NCBI GenBank assembly: GCA_965202805.1
Contig: OZ241869.1
Span: forward strand, 1,536,001 to 1,600,000
DNA: 64,000 bases
Direction: 5' to 3'
From: Longimicrobiales bacterium
GTDB taxonomy: Bacteria > Gemmatimonadota > Gemmatimonadetes > Longimicrobiales > Gaopeijiaceae
The notes under the pieces are model-generated. The model saw nothing but the letters and a program-made list of their open reading frames with translations. It was not told where the DNA came from and made no database searches. Of this stretch, positions 26,023 to 37,200 are shown piece by piece. Position numbers and translations under genes: made by a program. Position 1 is the first letter of the stretch. Each line of letters starts with the position of its first letter.

Positions 26023-26991
26023 ATGAAGCCGGTCGGGCCCATCGGCCTCGCCGACATCCAGGCCGCGCGCGAGCGCATCGCCGGAGCCGCCATCCGTACG
26101 CCGCTCGTGCGCCTGGAGGCGCCCGGGGCGACCGCCGAGGTGTGGCTCAAGCTCGAGTGCCTGCAGCCCATCGGGTCATTCAAGATCCGCGGGGCCACCA
26201 ACGCCATGGCGCTCGCCGATCCCGCCCTGCTGGCGCGCGGGGTCTACACCGGAAGCGCCGGCAACATGGCCCAGGGGGTCGCGTACGAGGCCCGCCGGCG
26301 CGGGATTCCCTGCCGGGTGATCGTGCCGGACACCGCCCCCGCGGCCAAGCTGGACGCCATCGCCCGGCTGGGGGCGACCGCCGTCCAGGTGTCGTTCGCG
26401 GAGTGGTGGGGGGTGCTGCGCGACCACGGCCGTCCCGGTGAGGAGGGGTTCTTCGTCCACCCGGTAAGCGACCCGGACGTGATCGCCGGCAACGGCACCA
26501 TCGGGCTGGAGATCGTGGAGGACCTACCGGACGTGCGCGCGGTGGTGGTGCCCTTCGGCGGGGGCGGCCTGTCGTGCGGGATCGCCGCGGCCCTCCGGGC
26601 GCTTCGGCCGGAGGCGCGGGTGTTCGCGGCCGAGGTGGAGACGGCGGCCCCGCTGGCCGCGTCGCTGGCGGCCGGCCGCCCGGTGGAGGTCGCGCACACC
26701 CGCTCGTTCGTGGACGGAATCGGGGCCGCCGGCCTCCTGCCCGGGATGTGGCCGCTGGCCCGCGCGCTGCTGGCCGGGTCGCGGGTGGTGTCGCTCAAGG
26801 ACGTTCGCAGGGCGATCCGGCTGCTCGCCGAGCGCACGCACGTGGTCGCGGAGGGGGCGGGCGGGGCGGGGGTGGCGGCGGCGCTGGGCAATCTTCCCGG
26901 AGTCGGCAGCGGACCCGTAGTCGCGGTGGTCTCGGGCGGCAACATCGACACGCGTGTCCTCGCGGCCATCCTCGAGGACCGGGCGCCCTGA
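26023..26991 (+). CDS. PLP-dependent threonine/serine dehydratase family enzyme
   Basis: RTPLV, LKLECLQPIGSFKIRGA, SAGNMAQG, VPFGGGGL, SGGNID. Start could instead be GTG 25966. Confidence 0.85.
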   Translation: MKPVGPIGLADIQAARERIAGAAIRTPLVRLEAPGATAEVWLKLECLQPIGSFKIRGATNAMALADPALLARGVYTGSAGNMAQGVAYEARRRGIPCRVIVPDTAPAAKLDAIARLGATAVQVSFAEWWGVLRDHGRPGEEGFFVHPVSDPDVIAGNGTIGLEIVEDLPDVRAVVVPFGGGGLSCGIAAALRALRPEARVFAAEVETAAPLAASLAAGRPVEVAHTRSFVDGIGAAGLLPGMWPLARALLAGSRVVSLKDVRRAIRLLAERTHVVAEGAGGAGVAAALGNLPGVGSGPVVAVVSGGNIDTRVLAAILEDRAP

Positions 26992-27055
26992 CACGCCTGG
27001 CGCAGGCACCGCCGCCTCTGGAACCCCTCGCCCCCGTGCGACGTACCTATCCGGC

Positions 27056-27727
27056 ATGAGCCCCCAGACCAAACGACGCCTCACCTTCCTCGCCGGCTTC
27101 GCCCTCTATTTCGGGGCAATCTGGTTCGCGTGGGATACACCCATCGTCTATCCACTGAAGATCTTCGTGGTGCTGCTTCACGAGATCAGCCACGGCATCG
27201 CGGCGCTCGCCACCGGGGGCACCATCCAGGGGATCGAACTCGACCCGGCCCAGGGCGGAGTATGCTACTGTCCGGGCGGGAACGCCTTCCTGACGCTGTC
27301 GGCGGGATACCTGGGCAGCCTGGGCTGGGGCGCTCTGCTCCTCATGGGCGCGCGCGCCGGCACCCGCCCTTCACGGTGGATCGTCGGCGCGGTGGGCGCG
27401 CTGGTGGTCGTGCTGACGCTGCTGTACGTGCGCAACGCCTTCGGCTTCGGGTTCGGCCTGCTCTTCGGGCTGGCCCTCTTCGCCTCGGCGGCGAAGCTCC
27501 CGGCACGGGCGAACCGGGTACTGCTCACCGCGCTCGGGCTCACCAGCTGCCTCTACGCCATCCTCGACATCAAGAGCGACGTCATCGACCGCCCGGAGCT
27601 CCAGTCCGACGCGCGCATGCTCGCCGAGATGACCGGCATCCCCACCATGGCCTGGGGATTCCTGTGGATCGGGATCGCGATCGCCGTCGTGCTCATCCTC
27701 TTCCGCAAGGCGTTCCGGGAGGCGTAG
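27056..27727 (+). CDS. M50B-like membrane metallopeptidase
   Basis: VLLHEISHG (HExxH), LSAGYLG, QSDA; multiple TM segments. Confidence 0.82.
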   Translation: MSPQTKRRLTFLAGFALYFGAIWFAWDTPIVYPLKIFVVLLHEISHGIAALATGGTIQGIELDPAQGGVCYCPGGNAFLTLSAGYLGSLGWGALLLMGARAGTRPSRWIVGAVGALVVVLTLLYVRNAFGFGFGLLFGLALFASAAKLPARANRVLLTALGLTSCLYAILDIKSDVIDRPELQSDARMLAEMTGIPTMAWGFLWIGIAIAVVLILFRKAFREA

Positions 27728-27878
27728 CGCCCCAACCCGGAGCGGCCCCTCCCACGCCGGATCGAGCCGGACCCGACCGGCAGGCCCCAGGGTCTCGTTG
27801 CGCCAGCGCATCGGGCGTCGGTCACGTCCGCCCGGCGGCCGGCGACAAGTGAGCCCAAACGTCCGGGCTTCTGCATTC

Positions 27879-27907
27879 TTGACACGGGCGCCGGGACGGC
27901 AGACTAT
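27879..27907 (+). promoter_or_regulatory. Sigma70-like promoter of the free ACP
   Basis: Perfect TTGACA-N17-GACTAT; GGAG RBS before ATG 27959. Confidence 0.4.
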
Positions 27908-27958
27908 CCACCCGTCAGCCTGCGGATTCATGCCCAACCGAAACGGAGATCACAAACG

Positions 27959-28189
27959 ATGCCCGGAACCGAGAGCCGCCTGCGAGCACTGATCGATGAA
28001 CACCTGGCGCTTGATCATGAGCCGAGTCTTGCCGGAGGGTTTGCCGATTCAGGCATTTCCTCGATGGATGCGGTCGCCTTCATGAGGGTCGTGGAACGCG
28101 AGTTCAACGTGTCGATTCCGCCGGAAGACTGCGGGAAGATCGGCACCTTCGGGGATCTCGTCGCGCACCTCGACTCAAAGATGGGCTGA
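27959..28189 (+). CDS. Stand-alone acyl carrier protein (probable partner of the adjacent PKS)
   Basis: 76 aa, acidic; FADSGISSMDAVAFMRVVEREFNVSIPPED...TFGDLV is an ACP helix II/III pattern. Confidence 0.85.
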   Translation: MPGTESRLRALIDEHLALDHEPSLAGGFADSGISSMDAVAFMRVVEREFNVSIPPEDCGKIGTFGDLVAHLDSKMG

Positions 28190-28211
28190 CGGCACCAGTC
28201 CCGGGTGGGTT

Positions 28212-28230
28212 GTCCGGCCGACGGCCGGAC
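28212..28230. terminator. GC hairpin between the convergent ACP and PKS genes
   Basis: GTCCGGCCG-A-CGGCCGGAC. Confidence 0.45.
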
Positions 28231-28236
28231 GTGGTG

Positions 28237-28275
28237 CTCACGTATTCGGTTCGAAACTCACGTATTCGGTTCGAA
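28237..28275. repeat. 19-bp direct tandem duplication of the PKS 3' end including its stop codon
   Basis: CTCACGTATTCGGTTCGAA at 28237-28255 and 28257-28275. Confidence 0.9.
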
Positions 28276-31200
28276 CCAGTAGCGCTCGCGCTGAAAAGGG
28301 TAGCCGGGTACCGAGATCCGGCGCCGCGCTTCTCCCGCAAACAGTCCGGTGAAGGAAACCGGAAGGCCTGCCTCGTACGCCCGCGCCACCCACTGTTCGA
28401 ATGTGCCCGGCGCACGCCCTGCGCCGTTCGGCCAATCCTTCAGCGGCACGGGGCCCGGCACGGGGCCGGCACCGATCTCCAGAACCAGATCGACGTCGAG
28501 ATCCGCCAGCCCCCGGGTTGTTGCGCGTGCCACCTTTGCCGTGCGCGCCTGCTCGCGCCAGTACGCGACGTCGAGGGCCTCCGCGGGGCCGACGGCTCGT
28601 CCGCTCACCTGACTCAGGATGGCAAGCGAGGGTGACGAAAGCGCGATCTCGGGGAACGCCGCTTCCATAACGTCCATACCCAGTGCGGATGCGAAGCGAA
28701 GACCGTCTTCGAGGCCGAGCACCCCCGCGCTCCATGCCGCCGCCAACACGCCGACCCCGCGCCCCGACACCACGTGGGGCCGGATCCCGACGCTCGCCCA
28801 AAGCGCCGTAACCGCACACTCGAGGGCGAAGGTCGCTGGTTGGCTCCAGGCCGGGTCAATAGCCTCCGCCTTGCCGGTGGCCTGGCCGAACACCAGATCC
28901 CGCAGGGTAATCCCGCGCAACTGGTCCCGGAAGACCTCGTCGCAGCGATCCAGAATCGCGCGCACCACCGGCTCCGTCCGGTACAGAGTCTTCGCCGTCC
29001 CCGCCCATTCGCCACTCCCGGAGGCGTAGGAGAAGGTCAACTTCGGTGTCGTGGCGGCCGCCCGTGACGACATCGCCCCGTCCGAGCGTGCGACGGCGCG
29101 CAACCCCTCAAGCAGAGAGCCGGCATCGTGGAAAACAATGCCCGCCCGGTGCGGGAAATGGTCACGCCCGACGCCCGCGGTCCAGGCCATGTCCGACAGC
29201 AGGGAGTCCGCAGCCCCACGCTCCGCATCGAGATCCCGGGCCCGCGCGTCGAGCCAGGCGAGATACCGTTTCGCCAACTCGCGCAGCGCTTCGTCCGTCT
29301 TGCCGGAAATCGGCAGGATCCGGACAACGCGGGGGTTGACGTCACCTGATGCAGGCGGCTGTACCGTCAGCGGCTCCGGGATCGGTATGCCAACGGTTTG
29401 CGCGGGCCCGGCGGGCGCGCCCGGCGCGTCGGTCGCATGGGAGGTGTCATCGGGCGGTTCGTAGCCCTCCACGACGACATGAGCGTTGGTGCCCGATATC
29501 CCGAACGCACTCACGCCGGCACGTCGAGGCCGATCAGGATCCCGGGGCCAGCGCGTCGCCTCCGATGTCACCCGCACTGGAAGCGCGTTCCAGTCCACGT
29601 GCTCGTTCGGTCTCCTGAAATGGAGGTGCTTCGGGATCACTCCCCGCTTCATCGACAGCATGATCTTGATCAGCCCTGCGATTCCCGCAGCCGACTCGAG
29701 GTGGCCGATGTTGGTCTTTACGGAGCCGATCAGGAGTGGACGGCTCGGCTCGCGTCCCTCGCCGTAGACTGCGGCCGCCGACTGCACCTCGATCGGATCC
29801 CCCAGCGTGGATCCGGCTCCATGAGCTTCCAGATAGTCCACCTCCCCGGGTGCGACGCCGGCGCGCTCGAGTGCCTCCCCGATCACGCGCTGCTGCGCTC
29901 GCCCGTTCGGCACCGTCGGCCCCGCAGTCGCCCCGTTCTGATTGACCGCGGTGCCGCGAACAACGCCCCAGATCCGGTCACCGTCGGCCTCCGCTTCACG
30001 AAGCCGCTTGAGGACGACCATCCCACAACCCTCGCTCCGCACGGACCCGTTCGCCGAGGCGTCGAAAGTCTTGCACCGGCCCTCCGGCGACAGCATCCCC
30101 AACTCGACCATCTCCCTGGTCAGCCCGAGCGAGAAGATGGCGTTCACGCCTCCGACCAGCGCCAGGTCCACTTCACCCTGCCGCAGGGCAGCTACGGCGT
30201 GGTGCACGGCGACCAATGACGCCGCACAGTTGAGGACTACCGGCATCGTGGGTCCCATGAGCCCCAGCTTGTAGGCAATCCCGCCGAGCGCCATGGAACT
30301 CGCGGTGCCGAGATAATTGAGGTCCTGGCCGCCCGCCAGCATCATGAGGTCACGGTACTCGCTGGTTGCGATGCCCGCGTAGACGCCCGTGTTGCTGCCC
30401 CTCAAGCTCTCCAGATCGATTCCCGCGTCCTCGAACGCCCGCCAACTGGTCTCCAGGAGAAGCCGCTGCTGCGGGTCCATCAAGCGCGTGCCGATCGGCG
30501 TCATGCCGAAAAAGCGCGCGTCGAAACGGTCGATCCCCTCGACGAACCCCCCTCGGCCCCAGGCGTTGTCTCCGGCCGCGGGGTCGCCTGCAATCCCGGC
30601 CCAGGACCCGTTATCCTGTCGCCCGCTCGTCACGGCCTCTTGGCCGGCTTCGAGCTGGCTCCAGAAGGCCCGCAGATCCGGGGCACCGGGGAAACGGCAC
30701 GCCATGCCGACGATGGCGATCCCATCGTCCTCCCGCGGCGGCGGCGGGGCCGGCCCGGACGTCGGCTCGGGGGCGGAGACCGGCTCGGGGATGGGGACCG
30801 GCTCGGGGACGGTCGCCGACTCGGCGAGCGCGTCCACCAGATGGCCGGCGAGATCGTCGATGGTCGGGTAGTCGAATACCAGCGTATTCGGCGCGACATA
30901 CCTCTCGGAGAAGCTCCGGTTGAGGCGATTCCGCAGTTCGACCGCCATCAGAGAGTCCATCCCCAGGTCGAAGAATCCGACCGTGGGCGCCGGCGGCGTC
31001 GGCAGCCTCAGCACTGCCTGGACTTCCCCCTGCAGGAAGGATACGAGCAGGCTCTCGCGCTGCGCCGCCGGGGTCGTAGCGAGCTGTGCCAGCAGGTCTT
31101 CCGACAAGGATGGGCCGTCGTCGTCCCCGGCGACAGCGAGCAAGTCCTCCAGGAGGGGCGGACGGCCTCCGATGGATTCGCCGAACACCGGCCAGTCCAC

Positions 31201-34200
31201 CGCGGCCACCACGGCGCCCGTTGCATCCTGCCGCAGCAGGCGCTCGAACACCATGAAGCCCTGCTCAGGCGTGAACCAGCCCGTGCCGGATGCCTCTCGC
31301 CGCCCCGCGATTCGTTCGCGCTGCTCCTCCGCCTCGCCCAGCTCCGACCAGGCACCCCAGGCAATGGCTTGCCCGGGAAGCCCCACCGCACGCCGGTGGG
31401 CGGCGAGCTGATCGAGGAATGCGTTGGCGGCCGCATGGTTGGCCTGGCCCGGATTGCCCAGGACTCCGGCGACGCTGGAGAACAGGACGAACATGTCCAG
31501 ATCGCGTTCCATCGTCGCGCGGTGAAGATGCCAGGCCCCCAGCATCTTCGGCCACAGCACGGTCTCGAAGCTCTCCCAGCTCTGGTTCCCGAGGGCTGCG
31601 TCCGACAGCACGCCGACGCCATGGATGACACCGGCGAGCGGCGACAGCGTCCCGTCGATCCGCTCCAGCATGGCATCGAGCGCGGCCGTGTCCGTTACGT
31701 CCGCAATCTCCACCTCGATCCTGAACCCGCGAGCGCGCAGCGCCTCGATCATTTCTTCCGCCGCCGCGTCCGGCGACCGGCGGCCGTTCAGCACGACCGA
31801 TCCCGCGCCGCGCTCGGCGAGCCATTCGGCGAGGGCCAGACCAATGCCGCCCAACCCGCCCGTCACCAGATAGGTCCCATCCCGCCTTAGCCGCCCCGTC
31901 CTGAGTGGAGGCGCCGTCAAGACGATCTTGCCGATGTGCCGAGCCGCGCGCATGTAGCCCATCGCGGCGCTCGTTTCGGCGAACGGCCAAATCGTGTGCC
32001 TGAGCGGCGCAAGCTCACCCGTCGCGATGCGCGCCAGCACGCCGTTCAAGGCGGCACCCGGTCCCGCCGGGTCCTTCTGCTTCAGGGTGTAGAGATCGAG
32101 GATCGCATAGGCGACATCCGGCCGCAGCGCCGCCATCTCGTCCTCGCTGAGGATGTCCCGCCTGGCAAGCTCCACGAAGCGGCCGCCCTCGGCGAGGCAG
32201 GCGAGGCTCGCCTCGATGAAGCCTTCGCCGGTAAGGCTGTTCAGCACGACGTCGACCCCGGCGCCCCCTGTCGCATCGAGGATGCCCTGGCCGAACGCGG
32301 TCGAACGGCTGTCGAACACGTGCTCGACGCCCATCGAGCGGAGATGGTCCCGCTTGCGCGCGCTCGCCGTGGCGAAGACCTCCGCGCCTGCTGCCTGGGC
32401 CAACTGGATGGCCGCAAGCCCGACGCCGCCGGCCCCGGCGTGAATCAGCACACGGTCTCCGGCCTTCAGCCCGGCGAGCTCGTAGGACAGCACGCACGTT
32501 ACGAATACCGAAGGGATCGTGGCGAGCGCCGTGGCCGACACGTCCGGCGGGGCAAGCGCCACCAGTTCCTCCCGAGTGACGACCTCCGGCCCGAAGGTAC
32601 CGAACGCGAATCCGGCTACGCGATCGCCCACGACGAAGGTGGTTACGTCGGCCCCGATCTCGACGATCCGGCCGCACAGTTCCTCGCCCAGCGACCCCTC
32701 TTCCTCGACCAGGCCCATGGCCCGGAACACGTCCAGGAAGTTGAGCCCGCAGGCCTCGACCTCGACCCGCACCTCCTTCGGTGCCAGGGCACGGGGCGAC
32801 AATGGCTCGATTCCCAGCGCCTCGATCGCCCCGCCCTCGCCGGGCGCCAGCACCCAGTCCGCATCTTCCGGCAGGGCGAGGCGCTCCACGCCGGCGCCCG
32901 CCCGCACGAGCCGGGCCGCCTGGCGGCGCCCCTGGCGATGCGCGATGTGGTTCTCCGCATCGGGGAACAGCACTTCGTCCGCGAGGACTGCGTGTGGCTG
33001 CGCTGCCTCGGGGTCGAGGTCGATCATCCGCGGTTGCATCTGCGGCGCCTCCCGCGACACCACCTTGCCGAAGCCCCAGAGGGGGGTGCCGGCCAGTTGC
33101 CCGGTCCGTTCCCGTTCGAGCACCTGCGCCCCCCGGGTGACGAGCCACACGCCCTTCCCGGGCACGGCATCCGCGTCCGTGATGCCCTGCACAAGCGCGA
33201 GCGCGCTCGCCGACGCCCGCCTGGCATCCGCCGCGATGTCCGCAGTTGTCGCCGCCGCCCCGTGGCCGTCCTGTGCGACGAGATGCACCGCGCCGGCGAA
33301 GGGTACATCGGAGGGCAGGCCTTCGATAAGCGATCGCCACGACTCGCGCCGCTCAATGTCGACCGGTGCCGCAATGATCGCGGCCTCGCTCTCCGCAGCC
33401 GGGGTCGCGGCCTCCGGATCGTCGCCCGCCAGCACCACCCGCTGGTTCTGTGCCGCCAGTTGCGCCGCCAGCTCCGCCGCCACGCCACCCCGGTCGGCAG
33501 CCAGGACCCAAACGCCCTCCGGCAAGGCGATCTCGGCCGGACCCTGCGCCACGATCACCCCTCGATCCGGCAAGCCGGCCACTTCCTCCAGGTCCAGGCC
33601 GAGCACCTCGGATTCCGCAAACCCGGTATCCGCGAGTGCCCGCCGCCATACTTCGGGCCCCGCGAGAGCGTGGTCCGCGCGGTAGCGATCGTCGAAGCGC
33701 CACCATCCGTCCAGCTGCCCGAATATCAGATCCATCCAGCCCCTGCCGCGCTGGTTTTCGAGCGCCAGCAGCAGCCCGGAGGGCGCGAGGAGCGTCCTGC
33801 AGTGGGCAAGCGTCTCATCCAGATGGCGCGTGGCGTGCAGGACGTTGGCCGCGATTACCAGGTCGTAACCGTGGGCCTCGAAGCCCTGGTCCACCGGGTC
33901 CTTCTCGATGTCGAGCACCCGGTAGTCGATCGAGGCATCCTCGGCGCTGAAGCGTTCCTCGGCCTCCGCGAAGAAGCCCGCGGAGATGTCGGTATACATG
34001 TAGTCGAACCGTCCCGCCGGAAGCTCGGGCAGGACGTATTCGGTCGCCGAGCCGATCCCGGCGCCGACCTCCAGCACGCGCAGCCGTCGGCCCTCCGGCG
34101 ACTCGTCCAGGAGGGTGCGAACCACCTCGCCCAGCATCCGGTTCGCCGCCCGCCAGACCGCCGCCCGCCGATAGAGATCGGCAGCCGTCGGCTCCGCATC

Positions 34201-37200
34201 GCCGAACAGCAGCGACAGCGGATCCGCATTGCCGCGAAGCACCTCGGGCAAGGCGCCGGCACAGCGCCGAAACAGCCCGATCTCGTTCGTCGCGTGCGGG
34301 AACCGCCCCTCTGTCTCGCTCAGAAACGCCTCGACGTCGGGCGGCATTTGATCCGGCAACGGCTCGTCGGCTCCGATCGTTACGACGAAACCCTCGTCCT
34401 TCGCCTGCAACACACCTGAACGAGCCAGTATCGCGAGCATCCGGCGCAACAGATTCGTGTGCTCGGGCAGGACTTCCAGGCGCACGCACAGCTCTTCCGG
34501 GTCCACTACCGCTCCCGCCCTGCGCTCCCACCCCAGCGTTTCGAGCGCCGAAAGCGCGTAGCACCACGACACCCGCTCCATAACACCCTGCAGGTCGGTC
34601 TCGTCCGCGACCTCGACTCCCTCGTCAGCCAGATAACCGGAGAAGGCCCGCGAGCGGGAGGCCGCGGCCGACGGACTCGGAAGGAAGTCCGCCGCCGGCA
34701 TGCCCGGCGGCAAGACGCGGTCCCGCCATACGACCTCGTATAGCAATTCCTCCAGCCCCTCCACCGCAGGGAGCAGAGCACTCCGCGTCGCCCGCTTCAC
34801 CGTGTACCCGTTCAGCGTGCCGATCGGGGATCCGCCGAGGTCGCAGAGGGTGATGTCCGCGCTCAGCACTTCGGGTGGTTCACTGCCTGCGCTCTCCGGC
34901 GACCCCCTCATGCGGACATGGCAGAGCACCCGTTCCGGAAGCCGCTCCGGCACCGAGAGCCGTTCCCAGCCGAAGGGCAAATAGGTGACGTCTTCGTCGG
35001 ATGCGACCGTTCCGCGGGCGGCACCCATCACTTGAAAGCAGCCGTCCAGAACGAGCGGGTGAAACGCCATCCCGCTGCTGTCGGCAGAGTCCGGCAGGGA
35101 TACGGCGCCCAGGGCTTCGCCCGGCCCGGCCCAAAGCGCTTCCAATGTGCGGAAGGAGGGGCCGAGATCGATCCCGACCTCCGCCTTGGCCCGGTAGTAG
35201 GGCCCGAGGTCCACCGGCGCCAGATTGGACCTGAGCCGTGCTGGATCCGGCGATCCGTCCACGGGCGGCAGATCGGAACCGGAGCTTGTCGAGACCCGGC
35301 CCTCCGCGTGCAGCGTCCATTCCTCGTCGGGAGCCCTGCTCAGGATCCGGACGCGCCGCGAGCCACCGTCTCCGCCGCCGTCGAGCAGCAACTGAAGGCG
35401 ACGACCCTCTTCCCCGCTTCCGTCTGCATCGCCCGTCTCGGGGAACACCAGTGCGCTCTGCATCTGGAAGTCCTCGACGACCACTGGACCGGGGTCTTCG
35501 ACGGTGCAGGCCGATGCCGCCATGGCGCCAAAGAGCGCGCCGGGAGCCACCACCCGGTCGAACACGCGGTGGTCGCCAAGCCATGCCGGGTCGGAGGGAA
35601 ACAACTCGGTGTCGAAGCTGATCTCGCCGCTGGCAGATTCGTGGCGGCTGCCGAGGAGCGGGTGATCGGCGCTCGAGCGCCTCCGTCCTGGCGCGTCGAT
35701 CCAGTGGCGGTCGCGGCGGAACGGATACCCCGGCAGCGAGATTCGGCGCCGCGACTCTCCGGCGAAGAGCCCGTCGAAGCATAGCGGCAGCCCCGCGTCG
35801 TACGCTTCCGCTACCGCTGCGAAGAAGGCGTCTTCGGCCTCCGTTGCTGAAACGTTGCGTCCAGGCCGCTTGAGACTCGACAGCGCCACGGGAGGCTCGG
35901 GGGTCCCTGCCGACGCGGGCCAGGCGAGAGTGGTCATCGGCCCGAGCACCGCGTGCGGACCGATCTCCACGACCGCGTCCACACCCAGTCCCGCCAGCGT
36001 CTCGACGCAGGCGCGGAACGCCACCGGCGCGCGCATCTGCCGCCGCCAGTACGCCGCATCCAGCGCCTCGCCCGAACCAACCGTCCGTCCGGTGAGATTG
36101 CTGATGAAGGGAAGCGAAGGTGGCGCAAAGGCGACCCGCGAGAGAGCTTCCTCCAGATCGTCCAGAGCCGGCTCGATCATGGCGCTGTGGTAGGCGGGAC
36201 TCTTCCGGAGCCGCGCGACCCGAATCCCCGCCGCCTCCAGACGCTCGAGGATCGCGGCGACCTCCGCCGCCGGACCGCTGATGACCTGATGAGCGCCGTT
36301 GTCGGCGGCGATGCAGAGGCCGACGCCACGGCAGGCCGCATTGTGCTCGTCCAGCGCATCCGCGACGTGAGTGGCCGGCGCGAACACCGCGGCCATCGCG
36401 CCTTCGCCGGGAAGGGCGCCGACCAGCTCTCCCCGCGCCGCCGCAAGGCGCAGGCCATCCTCCAGGCCGAACACGCCCGCGGTGTGGGCCGCCGCGATCT
36501 CGCCCAGGCTGTGCCCCAGCACCACGTCCGGCCGAATGCCGAGGCTTGACCACAGCGCCGCGAGGGCGCATTCGAGTGCGTAGATCGCGGGCTGCTTCCA
36601 CTGCGGATCGTCCAGGTCGCCGGCGGCCGCAGGGCGACCGAACATCACGTCGAGCAGCGAGGCGTCACGCTCTCCCCGGAGCACCTCGTCGCACCGATCG
36701 AGCACCGCTCGCACCACCGGCTCGCTCGCATGGAGCCCCGCGCCCATGCCCGGCCACTGACTGGCCTGTCCGGTGCAGGCGAAAGCAATCTTCCCTCCCG
36801 CCCTCGGCCGCGACTCCGTTCGCGGACGCTCTTCCGCGGAGACGAGCGTCCGCAACTCCTCGCGCAACGACGCGCCGTCCCGGAACAACACGCCGGCTCG
36901 CCGGTCGAAGTGACTGCGCCCCACACCCGCCGTCCAGGCCATGTCCGCAAGGAGCGCTTCATCCGCGCCGCTCATGGCGGATGCCTTCCCCACTCCTGCG
37001 TCGACCCAATCGAGATACCGACCTGCCAACTCGCGGAGCGCCTCTTCGGACTTGGCGGAAAGCGGCAGGATACGCGTCACGCGGGCAGAGAGCTTTCCCT
37101 CCCGCGACGCGGGCAGGGGCAGCGCATGCGTGCGCTCCTCCGCAAGCGACACGGGCGGCACGGGGACCGGCAAGGCGGAGCCGACCGGCCACCGTCGGCC

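Noticed and set aside
28237..28275. Direct repeat as a CRISPR array
   Set aside because: Two 19-bp copies with a 1-bp spacer and no cas genes.
30760..30812. Three CGGCTCGGGG repeats with 18-bp period inside the PKS
   Set aside because: They encode the Pro-Glu-Pro linker between ACP and KS2, an ordinary low-complexity linker.
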